Below, piece after piece: positions 11,218 through 23,673 of a DNA stretch of 64,000 bases; the stretch's first letter is position 1, and every line of letters starts with the position of its first letter. Position numbers and translations under genes: made by a program. Origin of the DNA: Planktothrix sp. GU0601_MAG3 (GTDB taxonomy: Bacteria > Cyanobacteriota > Cyanobacteriia > Cyanobacteriales > Microcoleaceae); the NCBI GenBank assembly GCA_035193785.1, contig CP136572.1:2580578-2644577 (forward strand), read 5' to 3'. The notes beneath the pieces were generated by a model. That model was not told the origin of the DNA, searched no databases, and was given only the letters and a program-made list of their open reading frames with translations.

Positions 11218-12841
11218 TTAGATATCTGGATCTAGTTCACCTGCTTCGATCAGTTTTTTGCGTTCTTCCCGATCAATTTCGGGTAGTTTAAACAGTACCC
11301 CGGCAAAATACCAATAATAAACCGTGACTGGATCAACATCTAGGGGGTAATAATAGGTATTGTAGCTAATGATTAACACAAAAACCCAAAAGGATGCCCC
11401 AAAACTGCGTAAATTTTTATCTTTAACGGAACGATAGGATTTAAACCCAATCACGACCATGGTAGTAACTAAATAGAGAAAACCTGCGACGCCAATTGGC
11501 CCAATTTCAAAAATTAGTTTGGGATAGTAGGTTTCAATTAAGGCGGTTTTCCCAAAGATTCGAGCGGCATTTGTGGCTCGTCCTAGTCCTTTTCCTAAAA
11601 TCCCTTTTTGCCCGCCACTACTATGTCCAAACTGTTCTGAGATGAAATCCGTGGGGGGGGAAGCATTCCAACGACTGACAAAACTATCGACCCGTTCTTG
11701 TAAAAATGTTGGGTTGGCTGCCACCGCAATTCCTAATATTAAACCCAGTCCGGCGAGGATGGGAAGAAATCTTTTTAAGTTGGCAACTTGTCCGGTTAAA
11801 ACTAATAGAATAATCGTTACAACGGGAACCAATGCTAAGGCAATTCGTTGACCGGAAATTACGGCATTTACAAATACCAATGCCATTCCGACTAAACCTG
11901 TCATTCGCCAGAGGGGAGAAGGGTCGCTAAAGGCACTAGCAAAGGTAAAAAAGGCATTAGCAATTAAAAACCAAGCCCATTGCCAAGGAGCCACAAAGGT
12001 TTCCGGGTAAACGAATCATATTTTGTGAGGGACTAAATACTAAAGAGCCGCCGACAAAACATTTAGCATCCAGAGTGGCTTTGAATAAATCATCCCCGGT
12101 GAGGTGATCGGTTCCCTTACAACGGCCACTAGCCAGCATTTGATATTGAATGACTCCTAAAACACAACAAATTATGGCTAAAACTAGGGTTAAACGAGTT
12201 AAAAATAAAAGTTCTTTTTTGCCTTTAATTTGATAGTAGGCACAGGTAATTAAGGGCAGGTATCCAATAAAGGATTTTAACCCCATTAGTCCGAGTAAAA
12301 TCGGTTTGTCGCCTTCGGGTTTGAGTTGTTGTAATCCATTTACTAACAATAAAGTTAAACCACAAATGGCGAGAAGTACCATTAAGGGTTGCTTTAATCC
12401 TTTGGGCACAATCATGGGCATTCGCTGGCTTTTCCATTCCTTATATTTGGCAAATAGGGCGGGAAAATAAAAGCCATCTTTGGCGAGTTGAAATATGGGA
12501 CTGCCTCCACCAATCCAGTAGGTGATTGTGCCACTAAATGGTAAATAAATTAAAAAACCCCATAATGCCATATCTGGGTAAAGATAGGATAGGGCGACAA
12601 TTAAAATTCCTCCGCCCCCGGCGATCGCTAATTTCGGGCCAGCAACCACAAATAAAATCGCTCCCACAACAGCAGCAGCAGTAATAATTCCTGACGATGA
12701 AGATATAATTTTCTTAATCGCTTTTGACCGTTGCTTTTGGCGAAGTTTAATCTCTGTTTTACTTAATTTTGGTTTCTGGGATTTCCCTTTATTATTTTTT
12801 GATTTCTTAATGTTTTTCTTTCTTTTTATCTTAGTAACCAT
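11218..12841 (-). CDS. hpsL: HpsL-like polysaccharide membrane protein (apparent frameshift at ~12000)
   Basis: Lys-rich N-terminus and many TM segments. The two ORFs join as IRLPGTFVAPWQWAWFL. Confidence 0.78.
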
Positions 12842-12914
12842 GTCCAGTTTTTGATATAATCATTATTAAATAGATATTAATAAAAAAACAAAAAGGGGAA
12901 AATTCACCCCATAC

Positions 12915-13661
12915 TTAAACAGTTAGAGGATAAAGACCAAACTCATCTCGAAGGGATTGATGGATAGACTTCCTACTAAAAATTGTAAATGATAATCTGT
13001 CGGTATTTCCATAGGTATTATCCCCTGTTCCTAGAATGTAAATTGCACCGGGAAAAGGCAGGCTGGAAAGAGGAGTTCCTTGCTCTTCCATAAAAGGTTT
13101 TACTCTTGCATGATCAATCAATAATTTATAGTATCCGTATCCTCGATTGTATTCAGGATTTTCTGGTAAGTTGTTTAAATCATATCGAATAATATTACAG
13201 CTTCCACACATTCGATTGAAATTTTTTCTCTTGATATAAATTACTTTTTCTCCTTCAACATACTTATAGCCTTTATCAACAAACCAGCCGGGATGAGAGG
13301 GATTATTATTGACAAATTCGGCAATTTTATTGCTAATACAATCATCGGCATCTACTGCCATTGTATGGGCGGGATTAATCTTTTTTGCTTCAATTAATCC
13401 CCTTAATAATTTACGGCCTTTATCCGTGTATTTAATATTAATTAATTCAGTTTCATTAGCTTCAGGAAAGTCAACCTGTATATATTCTATGTGGGGATGG
13501 TTGAATCTTATAGAGGGCTTTTCATTACAAACAACAATCACTCTAAAATTCGATGATGTTTGACTACAAACGGATTTAAGAGTCCTTTCAAATAAAGCAC
13601 AAACTTTTTCCCAGGATCGAGAAAATTTTACACTTTTCAAGGGAATAACAACAACCAGCAT
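12915..13661 (-). CDS. GT-A fold glycosyltransferase-like protein
   Basis: VVVIPLKS, TLKSVCSQTSSNFRVIVVC and a DADD (DxD) motif. Confidence 0.7.
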   Translation of the reverse strand: MLVVVIPLKSVKFSRSWEKVCALFERTLKSVCSQTSSNFRVIVVCNEKPSIRFNHPHIEYIQVDFPEANETELINIKYTDKGRKLLRGLIEAKKINPAHTMAVDADDCISNKIAEFVNNNPSHPGWFVDKGYKYVEGEKVIYIKRKNFNRMCGSCNIIRYDLNNLPENPEYNRGYGYYKLLIDHARVKPFMEEQGTPLSSLPFPGAIYILGTGDNTYGNTDRLSFTIFSRKSIHQSLRDEFGLYPLTV

Positions 13662-13813
13662 CTAAGTTACTAGGTAAGTTATACACAAGGCTATCATAGC
13701 AAATCACTGTTTGTAAAGTTCGGAGTGGCCCAAATCTCAGGGGGGGTTTATAAGGTGATTAGTGACTCACAAAATTTTTGATAGAACCCACCCCTAGATT
13801 AGAGGCAAAAATA

Positions 13814-15290
13814 CTAACTCACCAAATACTGTTCTATAGTCCAGACTAACTGTTCCGCCCAATGGTCGGCTAAATTAGCACTTTTGGCTTCTACCATTAC
13901 CCGAATTAAAGGTTCTGTTCCCGACGCCCTAACTAAAATTCGCCCCTGATCTCCCATGGCGGCTTCTGCGGTTTCAATGGCTTTAATCACGGGTTCACAG
14001 TGTTTCCAATTGCGCCGTTGGTGAACGTCCTCAACCCGAATATTTTTTAACAGTTGGGGATAGGTTTGGAAACTATTATTAACTAATTCTGCTAGAGACT
14101 GACCGGAATCTTTAACTAAGGTGGCTAAATGCAACGCTGTCATCAACCCATCCCCACTAATTCCATAATGGTGACAGAGAATATGTCCCGACTGTTCGCC
14201 CCCTAACATCGCTCCTGTCCGTTTCATTTCGGCGTGAAACGTGTTGGTCGCCTACGGAAGTCCGAATCATTTGGCCCCCGAATTGTTGCCAAGCCCGTTC
14301 AAAACCCAGGTTAGCCATTACCGTTGAAATAATTAAATTTTCCGGGAGTTGTCCGGCTTTGCTCAGGGCTTGGCCCCAAAAATACAGAATATAATCCCCG
14401 TCTACCGTTCGACCTTGGCCATCGACGGCCAAAACCCGATCCGCATCCCCATCAAAGGCAAATCCGAGATCGGCATTGTGTTCTAAAACCGTCTGTTGTA
14501 GGGCTTGTAGATGGGTAGAACCGCAATTAACATTAATTTGATGGCCATTGGGTTGATCATGGAGACAAATCACCTCCGCCCCCATTTCTGTAAAGACTTG
14601 GGCTGCTAAGGGAACCGCCGCCCCCCAGGCTAAATCTAAAACCACCCGCATTCCTTGTAAATTCGTGACCGGGAGTAATGGCCCATGTAGAGATTGGGCA
14701 TAATCTCGAATCAGTTCTGGCCGATAATAGTGTTGGCCACAGTCGCTATAAACAATCGGAAAATCTGCATTTCCTCTAATTCCCGCCTCTATTTGCTCTT
14801 GCAAGGCGGTGGATAGTTTTGTACCATCTTTTCCAAAAAACTTGATTCCGTTGTCTTCCGGGGGGTTGTGGCTGGCGGAAATCATCACTCCACCAATAGC
14901 CTCGGAGGTCAGGGTTAAATAGGAAACTCCAGGGGTGGGACAGACCCCAATATGCCAAACTTCCAACCCGGCGGCAATGAGTCCGGCGGAGAGGGCCATG
15001 GCTAACATATTACCAGAGGTGCGGGTATCTTGGCCTAATATTACTGGGCCGGGATGGTGGGCTTGATGTCGGAGAACTTGGCCCGCCCAGAAACCCACTT
15101 GTAAAGCTAGGGGCGCATTCAGGGTTCCGCCCACGGGCCCCCGGATACCATCGGTTCCAAATAGTGGGGTGGTGGGGAGTTCCCCAACTTGATCGATAAA
15201 GCCGAAATGGGATATGGTTCGAGGCTGGGCGGTATTGGCTTCTTTTTTCGGGGAACTAAAGTTCTGAGTCCGAGCGGGTGTTGCGACCAT
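13814..15290 (-). CDS. glmM: Phosphoglucosamine mutase (apparent frameshift at ~14237)
   Basis: [29 protein letters not shown] and VRASGTEP motifs. The halves join as [15 protein letters not shown]. Confidence 0.93.
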
Positions 15291-15544
15291 AAAATTCACT
15301 CCTCTTAATATATATTCACACACTCAATGTGGAGCATAGCACGTCGGGAACATCGGTCAAATATCTTGACCAAGGTGATGTAAATTACGAGGGTGAAAAT
15401 TGACTGATTTTATATTACCCGTTCTCGGTCTATTTTTTTAAGTTTAAATCAATTAGGGAAAATCAATCCCTTGACAGAATAGCCCCCAAACAAGATACTT
15501 AAAAAACTTACTTTGAATTAGATTATCTAAATTTTAACACGGTA

Positions 15545-17218
15545 ATGAAAATAAAATCTTTCCCAAAAATATCTTTTTATTCAATTATTTTAATCGGAAT
15601 TATTGCCCTAACTGGATTCATTGCTTATTCTAATATCCTGAATAGTTTTTTTCTCTCGGATGATTTGGTTTTAATTGCGCTATTATCCAAATTAGGCCCA
15701 TTTGGTTTATGGTTTAATCAACAGCATGGTAAATCGTTATTTTTTCGGCCTCTATTGGGATTAATTAGTTTTTTAGACTATAAAATCTGGGGTTTGAATC
15801 CTTTAGGTTATCATTTAACAAATTTTGGCTTTCATTTAGCTAATTCTTTTTTGGTGGGAAGTATAGCATTTTTATTCAGTTTAAATTTAGGAATAGATTT
15901 AAAACTAAAACGGTTTATTCCCTATTTTTCTGGATTTATTTTTCTATTATTACCTTCCCATTCCGAAGCCGTTTCTTGGATTTCTGCCCGCACTGATGTT
16001 ATTGCTACCTTTTTCGCCTTACTTTCTTTTTGCACTTATTTAAACTTTAGACACTTTGGTAAACCTATAAAATTATGGATTTCTTTAATTGCCTTTTTAG
16101 CAGCCCTATTATGTAAAGAATCTATTGTGAGTTTTCCGGGGTTAATTATCGCCTATGAATTCTATCAGTATTCACAAATAAAGTCCAGAACTATCAAAAA
16201 ACCTTTGATTAATGTTCTATGGTATATGGCGGTTTTAGGTTTTTATTTTATTTGGCGATATCTCAAATTAGGAACCTTAGTTGGAGGCTATGGAGAAGGC
16301 ATTCATCTGAAATTTAACCCCATACAAATTTTATATAATATAATTATTTATCCATCGCGTAGCTTCCTATCGGCTCAATTTAACTCTAGTTTAACCTTCT
16401 GGTTTTTAGCTTTTATCGGTTTAGTTTTAATCTCTATATTTGCCCTAATTGTAAGTTATTATCGCCATCAATTTCAGTCTAATATTCCTCAAACCTTACT
16501 TTTAATTATTGTAGGATTTTGGATTTGTGTTCTACCCGCGATTAATGTTTCTGTTTCTCCTTTTGATAGTCAAGGAGAACGTTATTTATATTGGGCTTCT
16601 AGTTTTACCTCTATTTATATCGCCTTAATTTTTATTGTTTTAATTAGTAATTTTAAATTTTGTTTAATTCTATCCTCAATTTTATTAGTGAGTTTGGGAA
16701 TATCCTTGCACTCAGTTAACCAAAACTGGAAATTCGCCGGAGAAATTTCTGAAAGTCTGTTATCTAGTCTACAGAAAACAACGATAGAATCCCCTATTAT
16801 TACCACTGTTCCCGATAATTTTAGAGGAGCTTATCTATACAGAACAGGACTAATTCAGGGGCTATATCTTTTTGATATTAATAATCGTTTTGATGTTCAA
16901 TTTGAACAGAAATCTACGGATAAACCCTTTGAAACCGTGAGATTTTATACAAATAAAATTTTATTAGTGATGATGAATACCCTACTAGAACCCAGCGATA
17001 AAATTATAGTTAATACCCCAAAACCCAAGCAATATCAATTTCAATTATCCAATCCCCAAACCCTATTTTTTCCCACGCCGAAAAATACATTAGTCACTAA
17101 AGACTATCAAGTTAGTGATGTACAACCCCAAAGCTACACCCTCACCCTCAACAATCCTAGCCGTTTTCAGGATTTATTATTGTATTCGTCGGGGGAGTTT
17201 GCTAAACTATCGGATTAA
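15545..17218 (+). CDS. Multi-pass GT-C-like (TMTC/PMT-like) membrane glycosyltransferase
   Basis: FLSDD, FFRPL, GYHLTNFGFHLAN, SEAVSWISARTD, LLCKES and ERYLY motifs. Confidence 0.65.
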   Translation: MKIKSFPKISFYSIILIGIIALTGFIAYSNILNSFFLSDDLVLIALLSKLGPFGLWFNQQHGKSLFFRPLLGLISFLDYKIWGLNPLGYHLTNFGFHLANSFLVGSIAFLFSLNLGIDLKLKRFIPYFSGFIFLLLPSHSEAVSWISARTDVIATFFALLSFCTYLNFRHFGKPIKLWISLIAFLAALLCKESIVSFPGLIIAYEFYQYSQIKSRTIKKPLINVLWYMAVLGFYFIWRYLKLGTLVGGYGEGIHLKFNPIQILYNIIIYPSRSFLSAQFNSSLTFWFLAFIGLVLISIFALIVSYYRHQFQSNIPQTLLLIIVGFWICVLPAINVSVSPFDSQGERYLYWASSFTSIYIALIFIVLISNFKFCLILSSILLVSLGISLHSVNQNWKFAGEISESLLSSLQKTTIESPIITTVPDNFRGAYLYRTGLIQGLYLFDINNRFDVQFEQKSTDKPFETVRFYTNKILLVMMNTLLEPSDKIIVNTPKPKQYQFQLSNPQTLFFPTPKNTLVTKDYQVSDVQPQSYTLTLNNPSRFQDLLLYSSGEFAKLSD

Positions 17219-17230
17219 TCTTGTATTATA

Positions 17231-17333
17231 TAGGACTTACGCAGAAACCGGGTTTCTGAACGAGAAATCACCGATTTCATTCGCAAAATCAGGGCCAGAA
17301 ACCCGGTTTCTTTGGTCTTGTGCGTAAGTCCTG
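17231..17333. mobile_element. MITE family A (13-bp TIR CAGGACTTACGCA), cargo type 1
   Basis: Ends taggacttacgca...tgcgtaagtcctg; 5-bp flanking duplication TTATA; near-identical copies at 21703 and 36130. Confidence 0.88.
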
Positions 17334-17375
17334 TTATAGAAACAATTTATCTAGCAAACGATAATATTAGGTGTG

Positions 17376-19254
17376 ATGGAAACCGATTTATATTTTAGGT
17401 GCTGGCCCAGCCGGACTGGCGGCGGCCTATACTTTAAGCAAGCAAGGTCAGTCCGTGGTGGTGGTTGAGCGGGATGGTCAAGTCGGAGGACTCGCCAAAA
17501 GTATAGAATATCAAGGCTTTATATTAGATTATGGCCCCCATAGATTTTATACAAAAATTGCTCCAGTTTTGCAACTTTGGGATGAAGTTTTAGGAGATGA
17601 ACAAGTTACAGTTAATCGTTTAACTCGAATTTATTATGGGGGAAAATATTTTAGTTATCCCTTAAAAGCTAAACAAGTTTTATCGGCGTTAGGATTAGTT
17701 GAAAGTTTAAGAATTGTCCTATCTTATTTAGCCGTCCGATTATTTCCTAAACCCGAAGCTAATAACTTTGCTGAATGGGTAGAAAATAAATTTGGCAAAC
17801 GACTATCAGAAATATTTTTTGAAGGTTACACCGAGAAATTATGGGGTATTCCCTGCACAGAAATTAGTCCTGACTGGGCCGCCCAACGCATTAAAGGATT
17901 ATCGTTATCCAAAGCAATTAAAAATGCTATTTTAGGCAATGATGGCAAAGTTAAAAATCTAATTGACCAGTTCCAATTTCCCCGTTTAGGTTCGGGTCAA
18001 CTCTATGAAAAAATCGCCGACTATTTACAAGAACATCAACAACCAATTTTATTAAATACGGAAGTAATTCAAGTTCATCATCATAATTCTGAAGTTACCC
18101 ATATTACCCTAAAAAACCGCATCACCAAAGCGGAAAATACCGTAGCTTGTGGGGGAGTTATTTCCTCTATTCCTCTAACCCATTTTGTCCAACAGTTGCA
18201 ATCTTCCCCCCCGGAAACAGTTATTGATGCTGCTAAATCTCTGAAATTTAGAAATACAATTTTAGTCTATTTAATTGTAGAAGGAGGCAATATTTTCCCT
18301 GATAATTGGTTATATATTAATGACCCCCGGGTGCAAGTGGGACGGGTGACAAATTTCGCCAACTGGTCGCCAGAAATGTTAGCTAATACGGAACAAACTC
18401 CCCTCTGTTGTGAATATTGGTGTAATTTTGGCGATGATTTATGGCAATGTCCAGAAGATGAATTGAGAATATTAGCTGAAAAAGACCTACGCCAAATTGG
18501 GTTATTAAAAAATCAAGCGGTTTCCGATGGATTTATTGTTCGTTTACCCCGAACTTATCCTATCTATGCGGGAAATTATCAAGCGGCTTTATCGGAAATT
18601 CAAGGCTATTTACAAACCTTCCAAAATTTGCAATTAGTCGGACGCTATGGCGCATTTAAGTATAATAACCAAGACCATAGTTTATTAATGGGAATCTTTG
18701 CGGCGGAGAACGTTTTAACTCCGGGTAAACATGACCTCTGGAATGTTAATAGTGATAGCGAATATGTGGAAGAAGCTAGTGCAGAAGCCGCCACAACCGC
18801 CGCTACAAATACTCGTCTATCCCGCCGTCGCCAAACCTTAAAAACCCTACGACAATTTGGAGGATATTTGTTCACCGGGGGCGCGGCTACTATTGTTGAT
18901 GTTCTGATTTTTTCGATTCTCATTCAATCAGGATTATGGTATGTTTTTGCATTAGGAATTAGTTATTTTATCGGATTAAGTACTAATTTTTGGCTAAGTC
19001 GTCGCTTTGTATTTGGGATTTATTGGAAAAACTGGTTTGTTCAATATGGCGTGTTTGCGACCGTTGCTTTAAACAGTTTATTAGCCAATTTAGGGTTATT
19101 ACAACTGTTAATTAATGAGTTGGGATGGCATCCAACTATATCTCGTTTGGCGAGTGCGGCTTGTGTCGCTATGATTAGTTTTACCGGACATAAGTTGTAT
19201 TCCTTCTCATCTTCAAATCAGTCAAATAATCAAGTTTCCGAACTGCAATCTTAA
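17376..19254 (+). CDS. FAD-dependent oxidoreductase (UDP-galactopyranose mutase/HemY-like fold) fused to a C-terminal GtrA-like domain (apparent frameshift at ~17380)
   Basis: The restored N-terminus is MEPIYILGAGPAGLAAA. Also DYGPHRF and GRYGAFKYNNQDHSL; the C-terminal 4-TM region reads RQFGGYLFTGGAATIVD...NFWLSRRFVF. Confidence 0.8.
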
Positions 19255-19364
19255 CTATAGTAGCCTTCCTTTGCAGTTAGGAAATATACTGATGCAGCAA
19301 ACCAGATGGTAAATACTTTTCTTACCTGTTTCCCTGTTCCCTATTCCCTGTTCCCTTCTTAACA

Positions 19365-21596
19365 ATGTCCGAACAAAAACAACAGGCTAAAGTGAATTTA
19401 ATTGCTATTTTTGTGATCAATTTAGCCACTTGGTTGATTCTGATTCCTTTCGTTAATTCGATTAAAATTCCCTTTGGAGACAATACAAAAGGGGTAATTT
19501 CTTTAGCCAGTATTGAGAATATTAGTCCCTATACAGACTATCTCAAATATATTATTTTACTCCTAACTCCCCCCTTAATTGCGACTCTGGTTTTAAACCT
19601 AAATCAAAAACCCCTGGAAATAATTTTAAGGGTGATTAACTATCGTTATACTTGGATAGGAATTAGTTCTATTCTATTACTAACTTGGTTAATTAATACT
19701 CCCTTTAACCAATTTAGAATTAATTCTACCTTAATTGATTCTTTCCATGAAGGGGAGTTTTTAGGCTTTCTACCTAACTTTCTACAACTCAAACAACCCT
19801 TTATCAATACAGTTTTAATTCATGGGTATGGCGTTGATGTGCTTCCCAGTTGGTTAGCAAAAAATCTCGCTACTCAAAATAATGGTATTGCTTTAACTCG
19901 GTTATTCGTAAACCTAGAAAATGTGATTACCTGTGTAGGCTATTTTTGGATATTATGGGAATTAATTAATTTAGCAAAAATCAATAAAAATAGATTAAAA
20001 ATATGGTTAATATCCTGTATTGTTTTTTGTGTTTTTGATGGAATTTTATATAAATTTGATGGCCGCCGGGGAACCAGTTTTATCATTCAATTAGCACTAA
20101 CCTTACGTTTTTTTAGAATAGCGGAAAGTCAACCAAATCAAGCCCAATGGTTATCGGTGTTAATTGGAGCTTCAATTCCTAGTAGTTTTTTCTATATTTA
20201 TGACCGAGCGATTTATTTTATCGCCGTTTATCTTTGTGCTTCTATTCTATCATTATTTGTCAATAAAAAAACATCTATTTTATGGTTGAAAGGATCATTA
20301 ATTGGGATGATTGTTGCTTCTATTTTTAGTCTAATATTCCTGGGTTTTGACCAAATTAATGCCATTATCTCTCAAGTATTATATTGGGGAAAATATGGAC
20401 GCTATATTTCCTTTATTCCCCTTCCTCCCCTAGAATTAACCTGGACTTCCCAAACCTTTTGGTTATCTATGTTTGTTCAAAGTGGGGTTTTAGTTTACCT
20501 AATTTTAGACTTAAAAAATCATGGTTTAAAACTTTATCCCTTTATCCAAAACAATTATCTAATTATTTTATTACTGGTGTCTGCATCAATTTATATGAGA
20601 ATTACCCTCGACAGAAGTGATTTGGGACACTCCTATCAGGGCGCATTAATTACCACATTTTTAGGATTTTATCTAATTTATCTGGGATATAAATATCAAA
20701 TAGAAACGCGGTTATTCCAACTTAATATAACTCCCATTCAACAGAGTTTAACCGTTCTTATCTTAATTGTAATTATCTTAACCGAACCCAGTTTTAATGT
20801 GTTTAAAGGTATGCAAAAACTGACGCAACTCCCCGAATTTTTATCGATTTCTGACCCTAAACTTTTAAAACCAGATTATTTAGAAGCATGGAATACCCTC
20901 AAACCAGAAATTGAGCAACAATCCTGCTTTTTCACCTTAACTTCCGAGGGATTATGGTATTATTTATTTAATAAACCATCCTGTTCTAAATATAGTTATG
21001 TTCTCTATGCTAAACCGACCGTTGCTCAACGGGAAGTTATTCAAGAACTTAACGAAACCAAACCAGATATTTTATTGTTAACCAATGAAATGTGGTATCA
21101 AAATCCTTGGGATGAGGTGTTAAAATCCGAATCCGCTTCTTTAATTTATCAGAATGTTTTAACTACCTATAGACCCTATAAAACCGTGCAATCCCATTGG
21201 TTTTGGAAACGGAATAATCAACCCTTAAAATTCACTCAAACTCAAGATTTAAATGGTAATATAGAATCTATTCCTACCAAACCTATTCATCAAAGTGATA
21301 ATTTATCCCTTGGTGGTTGGTCAATTCTTCCTAAACAATCAAAACCTGCGGATGCAGTTTATTTAAGTTTAGGGGGAAAAAATCAATTAATTGCTGTTGG
21401 TCAAGTTAATATTCCTAGACCCGATGTGGTGCAAGTATTATCTAATCCTAAATTAGAAAAATCAGGCTGGATGATACGAGTTCCTACGGCAATTTTACCC
21501 CCAGGAAATAATCAGATGAAAGTCTGGAGTTATGATACCAAAAACAACCAATTAACTCAAATTGGAAAAGGTTTCAATTTAGAAATCCTCCCCTAA
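19365..21596 (+). CDS. Large membrane protein, GT-C-like, with a soluble C-terminal domain
   Basis: More than 10 hydrophobic segments, a DSFHEGE acidic loop, and a C-terminal beta-rich LGGWS...RPDVVQV...SGW domain. Confidence 0.55.
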   Translation: MSEQKQQAKVNLIAIFVINLATWLILIPFVNSIKIPFGDNTKGVISLASIENISPYTDYLKYIILLLTPPLIATLVLNLNQKPLEIILRVINYRYTWIGISSILLLTWLINTPFNQFRINSTLIDSFHEGEFLGFLPNFLQLKQPFINTVLIHGYGVDVLPSWLAKNLATQNNGIALTRLFVNLENVITCVGYFWILWELINLAKINKNRLKIWLISCIVFCVFDGILYKFDGRRGTSFIIQLALTLRFFRIAESQPNQAQWLSVLIGASIPSSFFYIYDRAIYFIAVYLCASILSLFVNKKTSILWLKGSLIGMIVASIFSLIFLGFDQINAIISQVLYWGKYGRYISFIPLPPLELTWTSQTFWLSMFVQSGVLVYLILDLKNHGLKLYPFIQNNYLIILLLVSASIYMRITLDRSDLGHSYQGALITTFLGFYLIYLGYKYQIETRLFQLNITPIQQSLTVLILIVIILTEPSFNVFKGMQKLTQLPEFLSISDPKLLKPDYLEAWNTLKPEIEQQSCFFTLTSEGLWYYLFNKPSCSKYSYVLYAKPTVAQREVIQELNETKPDILLLTNEMWYQNPWDEVLKSESASLIYQNVLTTYRPYKTVQSHWFWKRNNQPLKFTQTQDLNGNIESIPTKPIHQSDNLSLGGWSILPKQSKPADAVYLSLGGKNQLIAVGQVNIPRPDVVQVLSNPKLEKSGWMIRVPTAILPPGNNQMKVWSYDTKNNQLTQIGKGFNLEILP

Positions 21597-21702
21597 CCCC
21601 CGTTGTTGCGCTTAAGCGCATTCTTGTGGATAGTTTCAGCAGACTAGATACCTAAGAAACCCTAATTCCTGTCTCCTCAACAGAAAAATTCGTCATAATA
21701 CA

Positions 21703-21804
21703 CAGGACTTACGCACAAGACCAAATAAACCGGGTTTCTGGCCCTGATTTTGCGGATGAAATCGAGATTTCTCGTTCAGAAACCCGGTTTCTGCGTAAGT
21801 CATA
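21703..21804. mobile_element. MITE family A, cargo type 1 (inverted relative to the 17231 copy)
   Basis: Ends caggacttacgca...tgcgtaagtcata; 5-bp duplication ATACA. Confidence 0.88.
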
Positions 21805-21844
21805 ATACAGAAAGAACAAAATTCTGTCATTCTCCTAAAAATCC

Positions 21845-22831
21845 ATGAACCCTGTTGATTATCTCCGTATTAGTTTGATTGACCGTTGTAACTTCCGGTG
21901 TCAATATTGTATGCCCGAAGGCACAGAAATGGATTATGTTCTACAACAGAATTTGTTAACTCTGGATGAACTGTTAACCCTGTTGCGAGAGGTATTTATC
22001 CCCGTGGGATTTACTCGATTTCGCTTAACTGGAGGTGAACCTTTATTACGTCCTGGGGTGGTGGAATTGGTGAAACAAATTAATGCTTTCCCTGAAACAA
22101 AAGATGTGGCGATGACCACTAATGGCTTTTTATTGGCAGAAATGGCAGAGGATTTATATAATGCTGGACTGCGACGAATTAATATTAGTTTAGATTCCCT
22201 TGATGCTGATATTTTTGATCAAATTATTGGCAACCGAGGACGCAGCCGATGGCAACAGGTTTGGCAGGGAATAGAAGCCGCTTATCAAGTGGGTTTTAAT
22301 CCCCTAAAATTAAATGTGGTAGTCATTCCTGGGGTGAATGATCATGAAGTATTAGATTTAGCAAAATTAACCATAGAACGACAATGGCACGTTAGATTTA
22401 TTGAATTTATGCCCATAGGAAATAACGATTTATTTGCCGATCGCGGTTGGATTTCTTCAGAACAATTACGCCAACAAATTCGAGAACAATGGGGTTTAGA
22501 AGCCTCACAGGTAAGGGGAAACGGCCCGGCGGATGTATTTCAAATTCCTGGGGCGAAAGGAACATTAGGATTTATTAGTCAGATGTCTGAATGTTTTTGC
22601 GATCGCTGTAACCGCATGAGACTATCGGCCGATGGTTGGTTACGACCTTGTTTATTAAATGAAACCGGACAAATAGACTTAAAAACTCCTCTGCGTCAAG
22701 CTGCGACGTTGGAGGAGTTAAGAGAAAAGGTAAGTCACCTATTAGGAATTAAACCCGATATTAATTTTAAACAACGGGACTCTGGTACAACGGGAAATTA
22801 TGCTCGTACCATGTCCCAAATTGGCGGATAG
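21845..22831 (+). CDS. moaA: GTP 3',8-cyclase (radical SAM)
   Basis: [42 protein letters not shown] and C-terminal MSQIGG. Confidence 0.96.
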   Translation: MNPVDYLRISLIDRCNFRCQYCMPEGTEMDYVLQQNLLTLDELLTLLREVFIPVGFTRFRLTGGEPLLRPGVVELVKQINAFPETKDVAMTTNGFLLAEMAEDLYNAGLRRINISLDSLDADIFDQIIGNRGRSRWQQVWQGIEAAYQVGFNPLKLNVVVIPGVNDHEVLDLAKLTIERQWHVRFIEFMPIGNNDLFADRGWISSEQLRQQIREQWGLEASQVRGNGPADVFQIPGAKGTLGFISQMSECFCDRCNRMRLSADGWLRPCLLNETGQIDLKTPLRQAATLEELREKVSHLLGIKPDINFKQRDSGTTGNYARTMSQIGG

Positions 22832-22872
22832 CAACCTGATTGATTTTTGATTTAGGGTTTAATAATAAGTAG

Positions 22873-22907
22873 GTGGGGTACGTTATTTTTAGTCGATAAC
22901 GCCCCAC
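22873..22907. terminator. Hairpin between convergent moaA and rpsD, possible bidirectional terminator
   Basis: Imperfect stem gtggggtacgttat...ataacgccccac. Confidence 0.45.
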
Positions 22908-22931
22908 ATAAAATAGAACGGTGAGGAACTA

Positions 22932-23541
22932 TTAGGCTTGACGTGAATAGTATTCAACCACTAACAGTTCATTAATTTGTAAAGCCACCCATTCCCGTTC
23001 AATGACGCTATTTACCTTTGCAGTCAGTTGTGCTTTATCTAACTCCAGATGGCTAGGAACGTTGGCTAAACCGGGATATTGTAAATTGGCTTTCACCAAT
23101 TCACGGGATTTTTCCGTATTTCTGATCCCAATTACTTCACCCGGTCTGCACTGATAGCTAGGAATATTAACGCGATGACCATTCACAGTAATGTGACCAT
23201 GGCTGACCAACTGACGAGCCGCTGGAATTGTGGGGGCCATTCCTAAACGGAAAATGGTGTTATCCAAACGCATTTCCAAGGTTTGCAGCAACACTTGACC
23301 CGTGGAAACCGGCGGCGCGACGAGCTTTACGGACATAACGCAATAACTGACGCTCGGAAACGCCGTAGTTATAGCGCAGTTTTTGTTTTTCTTCTAACCG
23401 GACTGCGTATTCTGAACGTTTACGACGGGCTTGGCCGTGTTGTCCAGGGGGATAGGCCTTTCTGGGGGATTTCCGAGTTAATCCAGGTAAATCGCCCAAA
23501 CGACGAACGATTCTCAGACGGGGGCCTCTATATCGAGCCAT
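22932..23541 (-). CDS. rpsD: 30S ribosomal protein S4 (apparent frameshift at ~23306)
   Basis: [24 protein letters not shown]...; the halves join as [22 protein letters not shown] and end [11 protein letters not shown]. Confidence 0.97.
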
Positions 23542-23673
23542 CTAACTTTTTCTCCGCATAAAATTTTTTGCACCAATCTTTTATTATAGTATGTATCCCC
23601 CCTGATTGACACCCCTCGACCTAAAAGTAGCCCGAAGTGTTATCCAGTGTTCCCCGTTCCCCGTTCCCTGATA

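Noticed and set aside
17231..21804. Composite transposon formed by two inverted MITEs
   Set aside because: Each MITE has its own 5-bp duplication (TTATA versus ATACA), indicating independent insertions.
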